From the IMG/VR virus record IMGVR_UViG_3300017766_003652, positions 25,012 through 89,011 of that record: 64,000 nt of DNA; one strand, 5' to 3'. Below the pieces are notes generated by a model, which worked only from the letters and a program-made list of their open reading frames with translations, did no database searches and was not told the origin of the DNA. Of this stretch, positions 1 through 8,924 are shown one piece after another (within the stretch, counting starts at the first letter, position 1; every line of letters begins with the position of its first letter). The translations under genes and the position numbers were made by a program. This DNA comes from a virus. Taxonomy: Duplodnaviria; Caudoviricetes.

Positions 1-82
1 GCGGACCTCGGATGCGGCATTTGCCGTTATCTACTGCGGGGCAACGTACCACATCCTGAAGGCTGATCTATAAGGACTCCCG

Positions 83-211
83 ATGCACGACTTCCTCGCC
101 GCTATCGATGCCTACCCAAAGCCCGCCGCGGGCGTTGGCATCCTCCTCGTCTTCCTCGTATCGCTCGTTGCCGATATGGTTAAGACCATGAACCGAAAGG
201 GCAAACCATGA
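83..211 (+). CDS. Small membrane protein (42 aa)
   Basis: Manual translation MHDFLAA...GILLVFLVSLVADM; AAGGA upstream; stop overlaps next start (ATGA). Confidence 0.5.
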   Translation: MHDFLAAIDAYPKPAAGVGILLVFLVSLVADMVKTMNRKGKP

Positions 212-1224
212 CAAACGTAACCGTTGAAGTATATGAACTCGAACGCCCCACCACAGGGACCCTGGAGATGCAGCTGCCCATAATGGGCAATCTCCTCGGC
301 CTCTTCTCCTCCTGCGCTCCCAAGGCCTCGAACCTCGCCTGGCTGGCGTACACTAACCCCGGCATAGGGATGGAGACCCGCACCCTCCAGGTCCTCCAGG
401 CGGGAGCGGTTCTGCCTCCTGGCGCCAAGGTACTGGGGATTCTCTCGGCCAAGGAAGGGGGCATGGACCTGCTCATACTCCTCCGGCCTACCCTCCAGGG
501 TCGGCAGATTGCCAGTATGGTTCATGATGAGCTGCGGGAGATCCCCGCAGAAGTCCTGGAGAGCCTCCGGCATACGCAACCCTCCGGGGAATGGCTCCAG
601 GAGGTGCGGGAAAAGTACGTGGGTAAAGGACCCACCACCCCTACACCAGCTTCGGACTCTCTGGCTCCGATCAGTAAAGAGGCCCAGAACGCGCCCTGGC
701 CAACGCGCCCGGCTCCACCAAGGCCCTCACCACCCTCACCACCCTCACCACAACCTGTATCCGGGATCGCCTCCGGGGCTACCTTCTCCGCTCAGGAGCG
801 AGCCGATATAGCCGCCGCGGTCGCTCCATCTTCGTCGACAGACGCAACCAAAGGCGCAACCGAGATCCCAGCGTCTCCATCCGTGCCGGCAGACGCAACC
901 CTCCCTGCCGAGGACCCCAGCTCCCGTTTCTACCGCGGCACCTGTGGTTCTCCGGTCTCCGCACCACCACCCACCAACTGCCAGCCGCGTTCCTCCGCCC
1001 CGGTTGATCTCCGGGTTCTCCCGCAAACACCTGGCTTTCCCGGGTTAGCCGTCACCAATAACGAGCTGGACCGTATCGATCAGATGCGGGACGCCATCAA
1101 TCAGGGCTGTGGGTGCCATACCTGTGCCCTCCGGCGAGACTCTTTCCGTAACCTGGCGGTGGATGTGTACCCTCTCCTGGTCGAGGAGCTGCGGTACTGG
1201 CGTGCCCGCAATCCTACTGTATAA
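208..1224 (+). CDS. Hypothetical protein with Pro/Ser-rich linker and C-terminal Cys/His cluster
   Basis: 338-aa ORF coupled to upstream ORF; GCGCHTC near C-terminus. Confidence 0.7.
   Translation: MTNVTVEVYELERPTTGTLEMQLPIMGNLLGLFSSCAPKASNLAWLAYTNPGIGMETRTLQVLQAGAVLPPGAKVLGILSAKEGGMDLLILLRPTLQGRQIASMVHDELREIPAEVLESLRHTQPSGEWLQEVREKYVGKGPTTPTPASDSLAPISKEAQNAPWPTRPAPPRPSPPSPPSPQPVSGIASGATFSAQERADIAAAVAPSSSTDATKGATEIPASPSVPADATLPAEDPSSRFYRGTCGSPVSAPPPTNCQPRSSAPVDLRVLPQTPGFPGLAVTNNELDRIDQMRDAINQGCGCHTCALRRDSFRNLAVDVYPLLVEELRYWRARNPTV
823..900 (+). repeat. 51-bp period repeat (about 1.5 units), same family as 2144-2285
   Basis: ctccatc at 824 and 875; encodes APSSSTDATKGATEIPA/SPSVPADAT. Confidence 0.75.
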
Positions 1225-1234
1225 TCAGGGCATG
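1220..1234 (+). promoter_or_regulatory. -10 box, probable leaderless start
   Basis: TATAAT-N6-ATG(1232). Confidence 0.55.
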
Positions 1235-1411
1235 CAACTCAAAGTGGGAGACCTCGTACGCCACCGGGATGAGCCCCGGACCATCTGGCGTATTGCCAAG
1301 TTCCGATTCCTCCCGGACCGGCGGCGTACCGTGGCGTACATCGCCTATAACCGGCATACCCAACACATTGCCCGGGTCGATGATCTCCGATTGATCCACC
1401 GCCCGGTATAA
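1232..1411 (+). CDS. Small hypothetical protein (KOW/SH3-like start)
   Basis: MQLKVGDLVRHR; ATG 6 nt after TATAAT. Confidence 0.6.
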   Translation: MQLKVGDLVRHRDEPRTIWRIAKFRFLPDRRRTVAYIAYNRHTQHIARVDDLRLIHRPV

Positions 1412-1461
1412 TCAACACAACGGGCCTCCGGAAGGGGGCCCTCCTTACAAAGGACTCACCT

Positions 1462-1719
1462 ATGCTCGATATCCTTTCCAGATGGAGCCTCGCCGGCCCG
1501 CCTGGCTCCCGGTCGTTTCTACTGACCACCCCGTACTCTGTACAGTTCCCGGAGGGTATCCCGCCTTCCATGTATTGCCTGATGCTCCGTCTCTCCACAC
1601 CCTCCGCCGTCTGCGGCTCCGTGGTAGGCATCAGCCCCCTCGTCATGGCAGATCCCAGACAGCTGAACCTCCTTATCGGGGATGAGATCGCCCGGCTTGA
1701 GCTGGAGGCCCGCCACTAA
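1462..1719 (+). CDS. Hypothetical protein
   Basis: AAGGA upstream; TAATG overlap with next ORF. Confidence 0.6.
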   Translation: MLDILSRWSLAGPPGSRSFLLTTPYSVQFPEGIPPSMYCLMLRLSTPSAVCGSVVGISPLVMADPRQLNLLIGDEIARLELEARH

Positions 1720-2645
1720 TGCCTACCCGAAACCAACGCAAAGAAGCCATCCTCGCCGGGCTAAAGGCCGGCATACTCAAGAGCCGGGACCAGGAAGATC
1801 ATGGCAGCACCTGGGTCGAGGATCAGGGAGGGGAGGTCCTTGGGGTCGATGGCTCCCTATACCTGGAAACCGTGACTGAGTCGATCCTGGCCAGCCTGGA
1901 GCGTCAGGAGGAGGCTCTCAGGGAGGAAGCGATAGCGGCCATTAAGGCTCTCGGTAGGAGCTTTGGTCAGTTCCAGACCATTCCACCCTCACCACTCGCT
2001 GACCAAGCTATCCGGGAGCATACCAAGCAGGAGGCTATGGCTCGAGCCAGGGCTATGGCAGGTACCCTCTACGAACGGCAACCGGATGGCCAGCTCTCTC
2101 CCTTCATCCTCGATATCAACGGCAAGCGCCGGGATTTCTCCCCGTCTCCATCTGCGCCGGCAGGCGTAACCCAAGGCGCTCCCGAGGAGACTGCGCCTCC
2201 CTCTGCGCCGGCAGACATAACCAAAGACGCAACCGATGGCCCCGCGTCTCCATCTGCGCCGGCAGACGCAAGCCAAGGCGTACCCCCTCTTCCCATGCTT
2301 GGGGCTTTCTTCGTTGACTTTACGGGACGGCTCCGAGGGACCCCACCCATAACGCAGGAGATCTTCCTGTGGGATCTCCCTATCGCTGGCGTAACCGCGG
2401 AGAGGACCGCCGAGGAGGTAACCGCCACAGTTGAGCCCCTTGGTCCCCGTATGCAAGAGCTTATCCGCAAGTTCCGGAACCGGGAGTATCCGTTCTGCAT
2501 CGGACCGGAACCCCCTCTCAAACGCTGCGCCGCCCACTCGGATGGGGACTGCGTACATAAACAGTGCCCACAACTCCGGGATGGAGAGCCGACCAAGAGC
2601 GGACGGCACTGCCCCCTCGACAACTGGAAAGATGAGGAGGTCTGA
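1719..2645 (+). CDS. Hypothetical protein with 17-aa repeats and C-terminal Cys/His cluster
   Basis: 308-aa ORF; CAAHSDGDCVHKQCP...HCPLD. Confidence 0.7.
   Translation: MPTRNQRKEAILAGLKAGILKSRDQEDHGSTWVEDQGGEVLGVDGSLYLETVTESILASLERQEEALREEAIAAIKALGRSFGQFQTIPPSPLADQAIREHTKQEAMARARAMAGTLYERQPDGQLSPFILDINGKRRDFSPSPSAPAGVTQGAPEETAPPSAPADITKDATDGPASPSAPADASQGVPPLPMLGAFFVDFTGRLRGTPPITQEIFLWDLPIAGVTAERTAEEVTATVEPLGPRMQELIRKFRNREYPFCIGPEPPLKRCAAHSDGDCVHKQCPQLRDGEPTKSGRHCPLDNWKDEEV
2144..2285 (+). repeat. Three tandem 51-bp units
   Basis: Units start at 2144, 2195, 2246; core tctccatctgcgccggcagacgcaa. Confidence 0.85.
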
Positions 2646-2920
2646 TGCTCGAATACCTGATGGCCTGGCTACTTGAGATCTCAAGTGCCGAGGGGGAACG
2701 GCACTGGACCTGTAGCCCCTCTGCTCCTTATGGTATGGGTCCTGGTGTAACCTTCCTACTCTCCCAGAAGCCCATAGGCGCCCCTGATTGGAACCGGGCT
2801 CAGATCACATTTTCTCAGGAGTTTGTGACGGAGATGGGACCGGAGTATATGGCCCGATTTCTCCAGCAAGAGGTCGAGATCGCAACGAAACAATGGCAAA
2901 CAAAGGAGAACGCAGGATGA
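2645..2920 (+). CDS. Hypothetical protein
   Basis: GAGGAGG upstream; TGATG overlap. Confidence 0.6.
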   Translation: MLEYLMAWLLEISSAEGERHWTCSPSAPYGMGPGVTFLLSQKPIGAPDWNRAQITFSQEFVTEMGPEYMARFLQQEVEIATKQWQTKENAG

Positions 2921-3144
2921 AGACCGGACCGTTACCCGATAATTTCAAACCCCCAGGCCTAAAGCCGGGGCAACGCCTGCTGGAGTACCAGCTCGTGACC
3001 AGCTACGAGCCATCAGAGCTTGAGCGCACCGTGAACAGCCTGTTACGCCAGGGGTTCAACCTCAAAGGTCGCCTCAAGCTGGTTGTCGTTCCCGGGCACA
3101 GACCCCTCTACCTCCGGGAAATGACGAGAGGGGTCGAGGTCTAA
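2917..3144 (+). CDS. DUF1737-like small protein
   Basis: YQLVTS...LERTVNSLLRQGFNLKG pattern; ATGA overlap. Confidence 0.5.
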   Translation: MKTGPLPDNFKPPGLKPGQRLLEYQLVTSYEPSELERTVNSLLRQGFNLKGRLKLVVVPGHRPLYLREMTRGVEV

Positions 3145-3146
3145 TT

Positions 3147-3404
3147 ATGGAACAGCCACTGCAATACCTTCACCGTCTACTGTCCGAGCTGGAGGAGATG
3201 ATGCCCCCAGACCCAGGCAAACATCACACGATCACCCGGGCCATCGGCGGTTCCGGGCGAGATCAGGGGGATATCCTCATGGTCAGCCTCTCCACCCGGG
3301 GCACCTGGGTCCACCTCCCCTTGGATCAGGACCGCTGCGCCTGTCTGAGCGCCGAGACGCTTTCCTGCGCCTTGGTCCACCGTGCGGGGTCCGGGAATGG
3401 CTAA
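3147..3404 (+). CDS. Hypothetical protein
   Basis: Tandem ORF, GAGG upstream. Confidence 0.55.
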   Translation: MEQPLQYLHRLLSELEEMMPPDPGKHHTITRAIGGSGRDQGDILMVSLSTRGTWVHLPLDQDRCACLSAETLSCALVHRAGSGNG

Positions 3405-3597
3405 CGGGGTCCTGACCAGCAAGGAGGTTTCCCAGCAAACCGCCCTGTACTCCGCAATCAAGGAACTCCAGAACGCAATCGAGATGGGGAGCCAGGGTCG
3501 AGTCCCTCCCCCTCGACTACTCGACCGGTGGCGGGGCGTTTTAGCCCATTGCCAGGATACAGCCGGGGTCCAGCCCCATCTGAGAAAGAAGGTCTGA
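3397..3597 (+). CDS. Hypothetical protein
   Basis: MANGVLT start, overlaps neighbours at both ends. Confidence 0.5.
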   Translation: MANGVLTSKEVSQQTALYSAIKELQNAIEMGSQGRVPPPRLLDRWRGVLAHCQDTAGVQPHLRKKV

Positions 3598-3935
3598 TGA
3601 TGAAGCCGCTTTGCCTAATCCTCCTGCTCCTCCCTTTGGTACTGGGGCAAACCAAGGTTAAGCCGGAACAGGTCCGGAACTGGACCCAATTGAAGCACGC
3701 GGGAGGGGGAGGTACACAGCTCTCCATCCGGCAACTACAGCTCGGCAGTCCTTATGCCACCGCAAGCTGGGAAGCGGTGGCTACCCGGTCCACCTATCCA
3801 GCCCAGTACAGAGTAGCCATTGTGCCCACCCAGCGGCTGCCCATCCTAATCACCTGCTACGAAAGAACCTCCGAGTGTAACGCCAGGGCCTCCCGGGTCT
3901 ACCCTCTGTGGTTCAATCAGCCCAACACCTTCTAG
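3597..3935 (+). CDS. Predicted secreted protein (Sec signal peptide)
   Basis: MMKPLCLILLLLPLVLG-QTKVKPEQVR; TGATG overlap. Confidence 0.65.
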   Translation: MMKPLCLILLLLPLVLGQTKVKPEQVRNWTQLKHAGGGGTQLSIRQLQLGSPYATASWEAVATRSTYPAQYRVAIVPTQRLPILITCYERTSECNARASRVYPLWFNQPNTF

Positions 3936-3941
3936 AATCCT

Positions 3942-4154
3942 ATGGCCAGTAACCGCAACTATTGCTGTGATGTTTGTGGCAGGATCAGACGTATGCCCGT
4001 TCTAACCACCCGCCGCTTCTGTCCCTCAGAAGGGTGTCACGGTATCATCAAACAAGTGGCCAACCTCCCCAAGGTGCGCAAGCGCCGTAAGCGGAAGCTC
4101 AAAGGGGACCGGGCAGACCTCCGGGGCCGCAAACCAAGCAGGAGAGTAAACTGA
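3942..4154 (+). CDS. Small zinc-ribbon protein with basic tail
   Basis: CDVC...CPSEGC, then KVRKRRKRK. Confidence 0.55.
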   Translation: MASNRNYCCDVCGRIRRMPVLTTRRFCPSEGCHGIIKQVANLPKVRKRRKRKLKGDRADLRGRKPSRRVN

Positions 4155-4420
4155 TGTCACAAAGCAAGATAGGCAACAAAGACTCCAACGCCCAGTTCAA
4201 TGCCCTGGGTCAGGAGATCATACGGATGCTTCGGCATCTTCAATCCGCCCCACCGGAAGGGGATACGGGCTACGTCATCCGCACCTTCACCTACCCTGGA
4301 GGGGCTTTCCACCTCCTGATGACGGAGAACCCGGAGGTAGCCGCGGCAATGGAGAAGGGGGTAGCCGAGTCCTTCAACGTCAAGGACCTCACCCTCCCCA
4401 GTACGCCGGAGGTAAACTAG
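4154..4420 (+). CDS. Hypothetical protein
   Basis: GGAG upstream; TGATG overlap. Confidence 0.6.
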   Translation: MSQSKIGNKDSNAQFNALGQEIIRMLRHLQSAPPEGDTGYVIRTFTYPGGAFHLLMTENPEVAAAMEKGVAESFNVKDLTLPSTPEVN

Positions 4421-4422
4421 CC

Positions 4423-4866
4423 ATGCGCAAAAGGGAGGAACTCTCTAATCCGGCGAGCTGTATGAGCCGGGCCCATGATGACGAGATGACGTTTGTCCTC
4501 CTCGGTAGAGATCCGGCAGCCCGTGTAGCCATTGAGTCCTGGATTGAGGAGCGCATCCGTATCGGCAAGAACAAACGGCGGGACCCTCAGATACAGGAGG
4601 CCACCGCAAGCCTGGCTTTGATGGCCCCCGCCCAGATGCTAGAAGAACGTAAGGCCTTCAACATCCGGCTCATTCAAGCGGCCCTGTACATCGCCTTCAA
4701 ACAGGGGCTCGAGACACGCACAGGCATAGAATGGCGAGGAGGCTATACCATTGATCGGGAGGGGGTCGCAATACATGGCATTTCCTCAATCACGTTCGAG
4801 CCCCTGGCTGCTCTGATTCTTGAGGCCCTTGCCGAATACCCGATTCAGGCGGAGCGACCATCATAG
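4423..4866 (+). CDS. Hypothetical phage protein
   Basis: DDEMTFVLLGRD motif resembling a common phage hypothetical family. Confidence 0.6.
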   Translation: MRKREELSNPASCMSRAHDDEMTFVLLGRDPAARVAIESWIEERIRIGKNKRRDPQIQEATASLALMAPAQMLEERKAFNIRLIQAALYIAFKQGLETRTGIEWRGGYTIDREGVAIHGISSITFEPLAALILEALAEYPIQAERPS

Positions 4867-4868
4867 TT

Positions 4869-5153
4869 ATGACGATCAGAGAGTTCCGGGCCCTCCTGGC
4901 AAGAGAGCCCAACCAAGATGCCGAGATTGGCAAAGTGTTCCACGAGCCCCTCGGAGCCTACGTGGAATGGAGCCCGGTGATCGGGACCCGGCCCCTGGTG
5001 ATAAGGAGCCTGTCCCCAAGGCTCCCCAAGGCCGGGGTGGAATTGTTATGGGGGCCTGGCATACGAGTCCTCAAGGCCCCCAAGGAGAAGCGGACAAAGC
5101 CGAGGGTTCGCCGGCCAACGGTCCGCAAAACAATGATAGAAGGAGAGTTATGA
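4869..5153 (+). CDS. Hypothetical protein
   Basis: Tandem ORF; ATGA overlap with next. Confidence 0.55.
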   Translation: MTIREFRALLAREPNQDAEIGKVFHEPLGAYVEWSPVIGTRPLVIRSLSPRLPKAGVELLWGPGIRVLKAPKEKRTKPRVRRPTVRKTMIEGEL

Positions 5154-5887
5154 GTTCCAAATTCATTCCAGGTGTCCTCGACGAGGGCATCATCGAAGGC
5201 CATGGGCAGGAGGACTGGGCTGGTAAGTACAAGAACCTGCGGGCCGCTTTCGCTAATCTACAGGCCGAGCATGGGGCTTTGCAGACCCGAGCCGAGCTCT
5301 TGCAGGCCGGCTGTACAAACGGGGACAAGGCGATAGCGGCTCTGAACGCTCTCCGGGAGGAGCACACCACCCTCCAGGAGAAGTGCAGGGCACTGGAGTT
5401 CAATGCCAGGCATATCCCGGATCTGGTCATGGTCGCCGAGGAGTACGGGTGGAATGGGACCAGCAACTCGAAGATCCTCCCTGACTTCTTTGCCCAGCGG
5501 CTCGGCTACCTCCGGCAGATGACTAATCACCTGCTCTCCCTTGAGAACGTGATTAACATGGAGCTGGCCTCCCAGCTGCCCCGGCCGTTCCTGCGGGAGA
5601 TCGCCATCAGTTTGGGGAGCATCCTCCGACCGAACAGCGCCCCGGCTCTCCCGGCAGTAACCTACAGCCTCGGCTTTGCGGGTAGCCGCACCCGGTGGGG
5701 GCGTACGACCCAGGCTGCCGCCCGCGAGATGGCAAAAGAGCTGGTCGAGCATATCAAAGCCCCGACCCAGGTACTCTGCCACGAGGAACCTTCTGGTCGC
5801 CTGGCGTTCGTAGCGTTCAACCGCGTTAACGAGTCCGGGGGTCTGGGGCCAGTAGAGTTCCAGGTTATGGAATCCGGCGTCTCCTAG
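5150..5887 (+). CDS. Hypothetical coiled-coil protein
   Basis: AAGGAG upstream of MSSKF; heptad-like segment. Confidence 0.65.
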   Translation: MSSKFIPGVLDEGIIEGHGQEDWAGKYKNLRAAFANLQAEHGALQTRAELLQAGCTNGDKAIAALNALREEHTTLQEKCRALEFNARHIPDLVMVAEEYGWNGTSNSKILPDFFAQRLGYLRQMTNHLLSLENVINMELASQLPRPFLREIAISLGSILRPNSAPALPAVTYSLGFAGSRTRWGRTTQAAAREMAKELVEHIKAPTQVLCHEEPSGRLAFVAFNRVNESGGLGPVEFQVMESGVS

Positions 5888-5940
5888 TGGAGCCCAGCGC
5901 CGGCAATCGCAACTGTACAATCAATCTGAAGGAGGACTCA

Positions 5941-6381
5941 ATGTCCAAACAAGTCCGCAAGGGCGTAGTGAAGGGGAAACCCAAGCCGGCACCCGCCGAG
6001 ACCCAGGAGGTAACCGGGCAACCCACGGCGGAGCCGGGAGCAGCTGAGAACGTAGCCAAGTTCTCGGAGGCTCTGGATGCCGGCATCGCCCGTATCGAGG
6101 AGGCAAACCGGGCGGCCTTCGGGGAAGCGGGACCGGAGAAGGATCTCGCCGCTATCGAAGAGGCCAGCCGCGGGGTGGCCAAGGGGATTCCCTTGAAAGA
6201 CCTGGACTGGAGCGAGGGCCAAGCTCGGGTCTATATCTCCAATGAGCTGGAGATCCCGACCGGGATGAACCTGGAGGGGGCGTTCAGCCTGGCCTGCCAT
6301 GAGCAGAGCCGCGGCAAGTTTGCGGGGCAACTCGTATCGTTTGTCTTCGAAGGGCGCCGCTACTCCATCCAGCCGGCGTAA
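5941..6381 (+). CDS. Hypothetical protein
   Basis: TACAAT at 5916 and AAGGAGG upstream of MSKQVRK. Confidence 0.65.
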   Translation: MSKQVRKGVVKGKPKPAPAETQEVTGQPTAEPGAAENVAKFSEALDAGIARIEEANRAAFGEAGPEKDLAAIEEASRGVAKGIPLKDLDWSEGQARVYISNELEIPTGMNLEGAFSLACHEQSRGKFAGQLVSFVFEGRRYSIQPA

Positions 6382-6450
6382 CCCAAACCACAACCAACAA
6401 ACGGGGGCCCTTACCGGCTCCCGTTTCCGTATCATCACTTCGGAGGTCCT

Positions 6451-6630
6451 ATGTCCGAGCAAGACCAATCATTCCAGCAGGTATTGAGCCGGCTGGAGAA
6501 CCTAGAACAAGCGATGGCTCAAACGACCGCGGCCGTACAGAACCTAGCAGCGTCCATGCTACACCTCAAAAGGGAGCAGGACCGGCAACGCCGTCCCCGC
6601 CCCAGAAAGACCCTGGTCAAACATGCCTGA
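6451..6630 (+). CDS. Small coiled-coil protein (59 aa)
   Basis: Manual translation MSEQDQSF...; GGAGG upstream. Confidence 0.55.
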   Translation: MSEQDQSFQQVLSRLENLEQAMAQTTAAVQNLAASMLHLKREQDRQRRPRPRKTLVKHA

Positions 6631-6949
6631 ACCACAAGAGACAAAGCCCGTTTGTACTTGGCTGGATAAGCGCCCCTGCGGGCGCATCCCGATCCACAAG
6701 AAGGTCGGGCGAGATGAGAAGCAGTGGGCCTACCTTTGCGAGGCTCACCACCGGCAACTTGAGGAGGCGCTTAACCCCGAATCCCCGATGTTCGACTACC
6801 AGTACGCCGTGAAGTGCTGGATGCGGGCCTCAGGTGGGGTGGAGGTACTCGCCCGCTCCCTTGGGGAGTCCCTGGTCGACAACCTCGGTACCGAGTTCTG
6901 CAAGAAGTTCCTGGTCAAGGTGAAGGAGGACATCAGTGCTAAGCGATAA
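6623..6949 (+). CDS. Hypothetical protein, possible Zn-binding
   Basis: CTW...PCG...CEAHH. Confidence 0.55.
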   Translation: MPEPQETKPVCTWLDKRPCGRIPIHKKVGRDEKQWAYLCEAHHRQLEEALNPESPMFDYQYAVKCWMRASGGVEVLARSLGESLVDNLGTEFCKKFLVKVKEDISAKR

Positions 6950-7517
6950 CCTCAATGCCCTTCAATCCTGCCTGATTGCCTGGGTCGGTGCCGGCGATAT
7001 CCCCTCCCGCAGCTACACCGTGACCGTTGATACGCCTTCCAAGGTAGTGGTCGTGAATATCGCCGAACGGTTCTCGGACGGGAGGATCTACGCGGCAGAG
7101 CAGGTCTACAGCCTGACTTTCATCCTTGATACCTCCCCTCCCGCCCTTGTGGGGACTGTAGCCCATTGGCTCCGCGGCGTTGAGAAGGAGATCGAAGTTC
7201 TTCGGAGTACACCTCCAGCCTCAGTTGAAGCCGCGGCATCCTCGGCTGAGATCGGGCGGGAGTCCATCTCTGAGGGATTCCGGGCGTTCCTCCGGGGTAT
7301 CCACTACAATGGCGGGACAGATGACGAGCGGGTCCTCTGCTACGCCTATTACTCCGGCTTTGTCCAGGGGTTCACCGCCCTGGACCATACGGTCGTCATG
7401 ACCCTGAGCGAGGAGGAAATCCTTGCCCTGTATTCCTGGTATGAGCGGGAGTTGAAGACATTCTACGCAAAGGTAAAGGCAGATGCTGGCATCCCGGAAT
7501 CCACTAAACCAAACTGA
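6936..7517 (+). CDS. Hypothetical protein
   Basis: GGAGG upstream of GTG start. Confidence 0.6.
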   Translation: MLSDNLNALQSCLIAWVGAGDIPSRSYTVTVDTPSKVVVVNIAERFSDGRIYAAEQVYSLTFILDTSPPALVGTVAHWLRGVEKEIEVLRSTPPASVEAAASSAEIGRESISEGFRAFLRGIHYNGGTDDERVLCYAYYSGFVQGFTALDHTVVMTLSEEEILALYSWYERELKTFYAKVKADAGIPESTKPN

Positions 7518-7530
7518 ATCGAATCCCCGG

Positions 7531-8037
7531 ATGGAGCAGTTGAACAGTATCCTCGCCATGCGGCGAGAGATGGTCATCGAATTCCTGGAACTCCTCCGCA
7601 CCAAGGGGTACAGTAAGGGTCTCTGCTCCGGGGACCTGTTCCGGGCGATCTGCCGGCACTTCGATGTTTATGTTGCCCGCTGCAAGGAGTGCCACAAATA
7701 CTATGGGCGGGAGGATTTCCCACACTGGGCCGCGATGAAGGGAGTGGCCCTCCCTCGGTACTTCACAAAGCTCATCTGCTTCACCTGCAAGAAGGATAAG
7801 ATGACCACCCACCCCTCCAGGCAGTGCCGTAAATTCCAGATATCCATGCAGGTCAACGGAGAGCCGCGGATCTACTATGTTGCCGCCAGGAGGAAGCGGG
7901 AGGCCTTCTCCCTCCTGTTCCGTGCTAACTACCACCAGCTGGACCCCGCCCTGGCGGATGAGGCTGCCCTGCTCTATCAGGGACTCCCGGCCGATATCCA
8001 AGAAACCCGGAGGAACGATGTCAAAGCCAAGCCGTGA
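7531..8037 (+). CDS. Hypothetical protein with CxxC pairs
   Basis: CKEC and CFTC motifs. Confidence 0.55.
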   Translation: MEQLNSILAMRREMVIEFLELLRTKGYSKGLCSGDLFRAICRHFDVYVARCKECHKYYGREDFPHWAAMKGVALPRYFTKLICFTCKKDKMTTHPSRQCRKFQISMQVNGEPRIYYVAARRKREAFSLLFRANYHQLDPALADEAALLYQGLPADIQETRRNDVKAKP

Positions 8038-8320
8038 GGCATACATAAGGGGGCGGATCGTCCGGTATGAGCTACGCCAGGCCTTTATGCCGGAGGACCA
8101 GCCCCTAGAGCAGATGGTGGGCACCCTTTGACTGGACGGCCACGAGGTTATCCGTGCGATGACCACCGAGACCCTCCGCAAGGAATACCGCATTACCGAG
8201 GAGAGCCCGCAACCTTACGCTATTGGACGGGATACGTTCCATAAACGCGTTACCTACGAAGTCCGAATCGGACCGGAACCGGGACCCATGCCGGAGCCCG
8301 ATTGGAAGCGGTCCGTATAA
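8018..8320 (+). CDS. Hypothetical frame interrupted by one TGA (or two small ORFs, 8018-8131 and 8159-8320)
   Basis: GGAGG upstream of ATG 8018; in-frame TGA at 8129-8131, then 62 more sense codons. Confidence 0.4.
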
Positions 8321-8338
8321 TCAAGGGGAGGAGGACAG

Positions 8339-8827
8339 ATGTCCTGGCTCAAACGCATTACAGACTGGTTACTCTATCTTCTCTTTGGGGGCGCGACTAC
8401 CTTGAGTTTGTTCTACACAGTACGGGCACAAGCGCGTTCCTTTTCCGTCAACCCACCACAACTCTGGAGCAAAGACCCCATGAATCCCGTTCTCCTGCCT
8501 TTTGGCTTTCTTCTTGATGCTTCCTTCTCCGCCCTCACCGGCGGGGCGACCCCGACCCCGGCGCCGGTCGATACGATCAAGTGGACGATCAGCGACCCGA
8601 CCCTGGCGGAACTCATCCCCGTCAAGGACAACGCTGCGGCCATCTCGGTCCGCCCGCTGGCCTCCGGTAAGGTCCAGCTCCGGCTGGAGGTCGATGTCCG
8701 CCTCGGCCCCGGCGTCAAAACGCTGACCGCCGTGGGTGAAATCGAGATCCCCGCCGAGGCCGTCACCCTCGGTATCGTTTTCGGTGGCCTCCGCGAGGAC
8801 GTCCCGACTCCCGCAGTCGCCGTTTAA
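8339..8827 (+). CDS. Membrane-anchored protein with Ig-like beta domain
   Basis: N-terminal hydrophobic helix; PAPVDTIKWTISDPTLAEL Ig-like pattern; TATAAT at 8316 and GGAGG; possible internal start at 8479. Confidence 0.55.
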   Translation: MSWLKRITDWLLYLLFGGATTLSLFYTVRAQARSFSVNPPQLWSKDPMNPVLLPFGFLLDASFSALTGGATPTPAPVDTIKWTISDPTLAELIPVKDNAAAISVRPLASGKVQLRLEVDVRLGPGVKTLTAVGEIEIPAEAVTLGIVFGGLREDVPTPAVAV

Positions 8828-8924
8828 TCAACGCCGGCATAATGATGGCCCCGTTACCAGCGGGGCCATTGTTCTGTCTGGTCGTACTATCAAACTGTCC
8901 CCGATATGGGGAGAAAGGAACCTG

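Noticed and set aside
724-750. 9-bp microsatellites (ccctcacca here, ccttcctca near 9230-9262) as phase-variation switches
   Set aside because: Unit length is a multiple of three and only encodes Pro/Ser linkers, so slippage would not shift frame.
823-2285. 51-bp repeats as a mini CRISPR array
   Set aside because: Units are tandem, degenerate, in frame inside ORFs, with no unique spacers and no cas genes.
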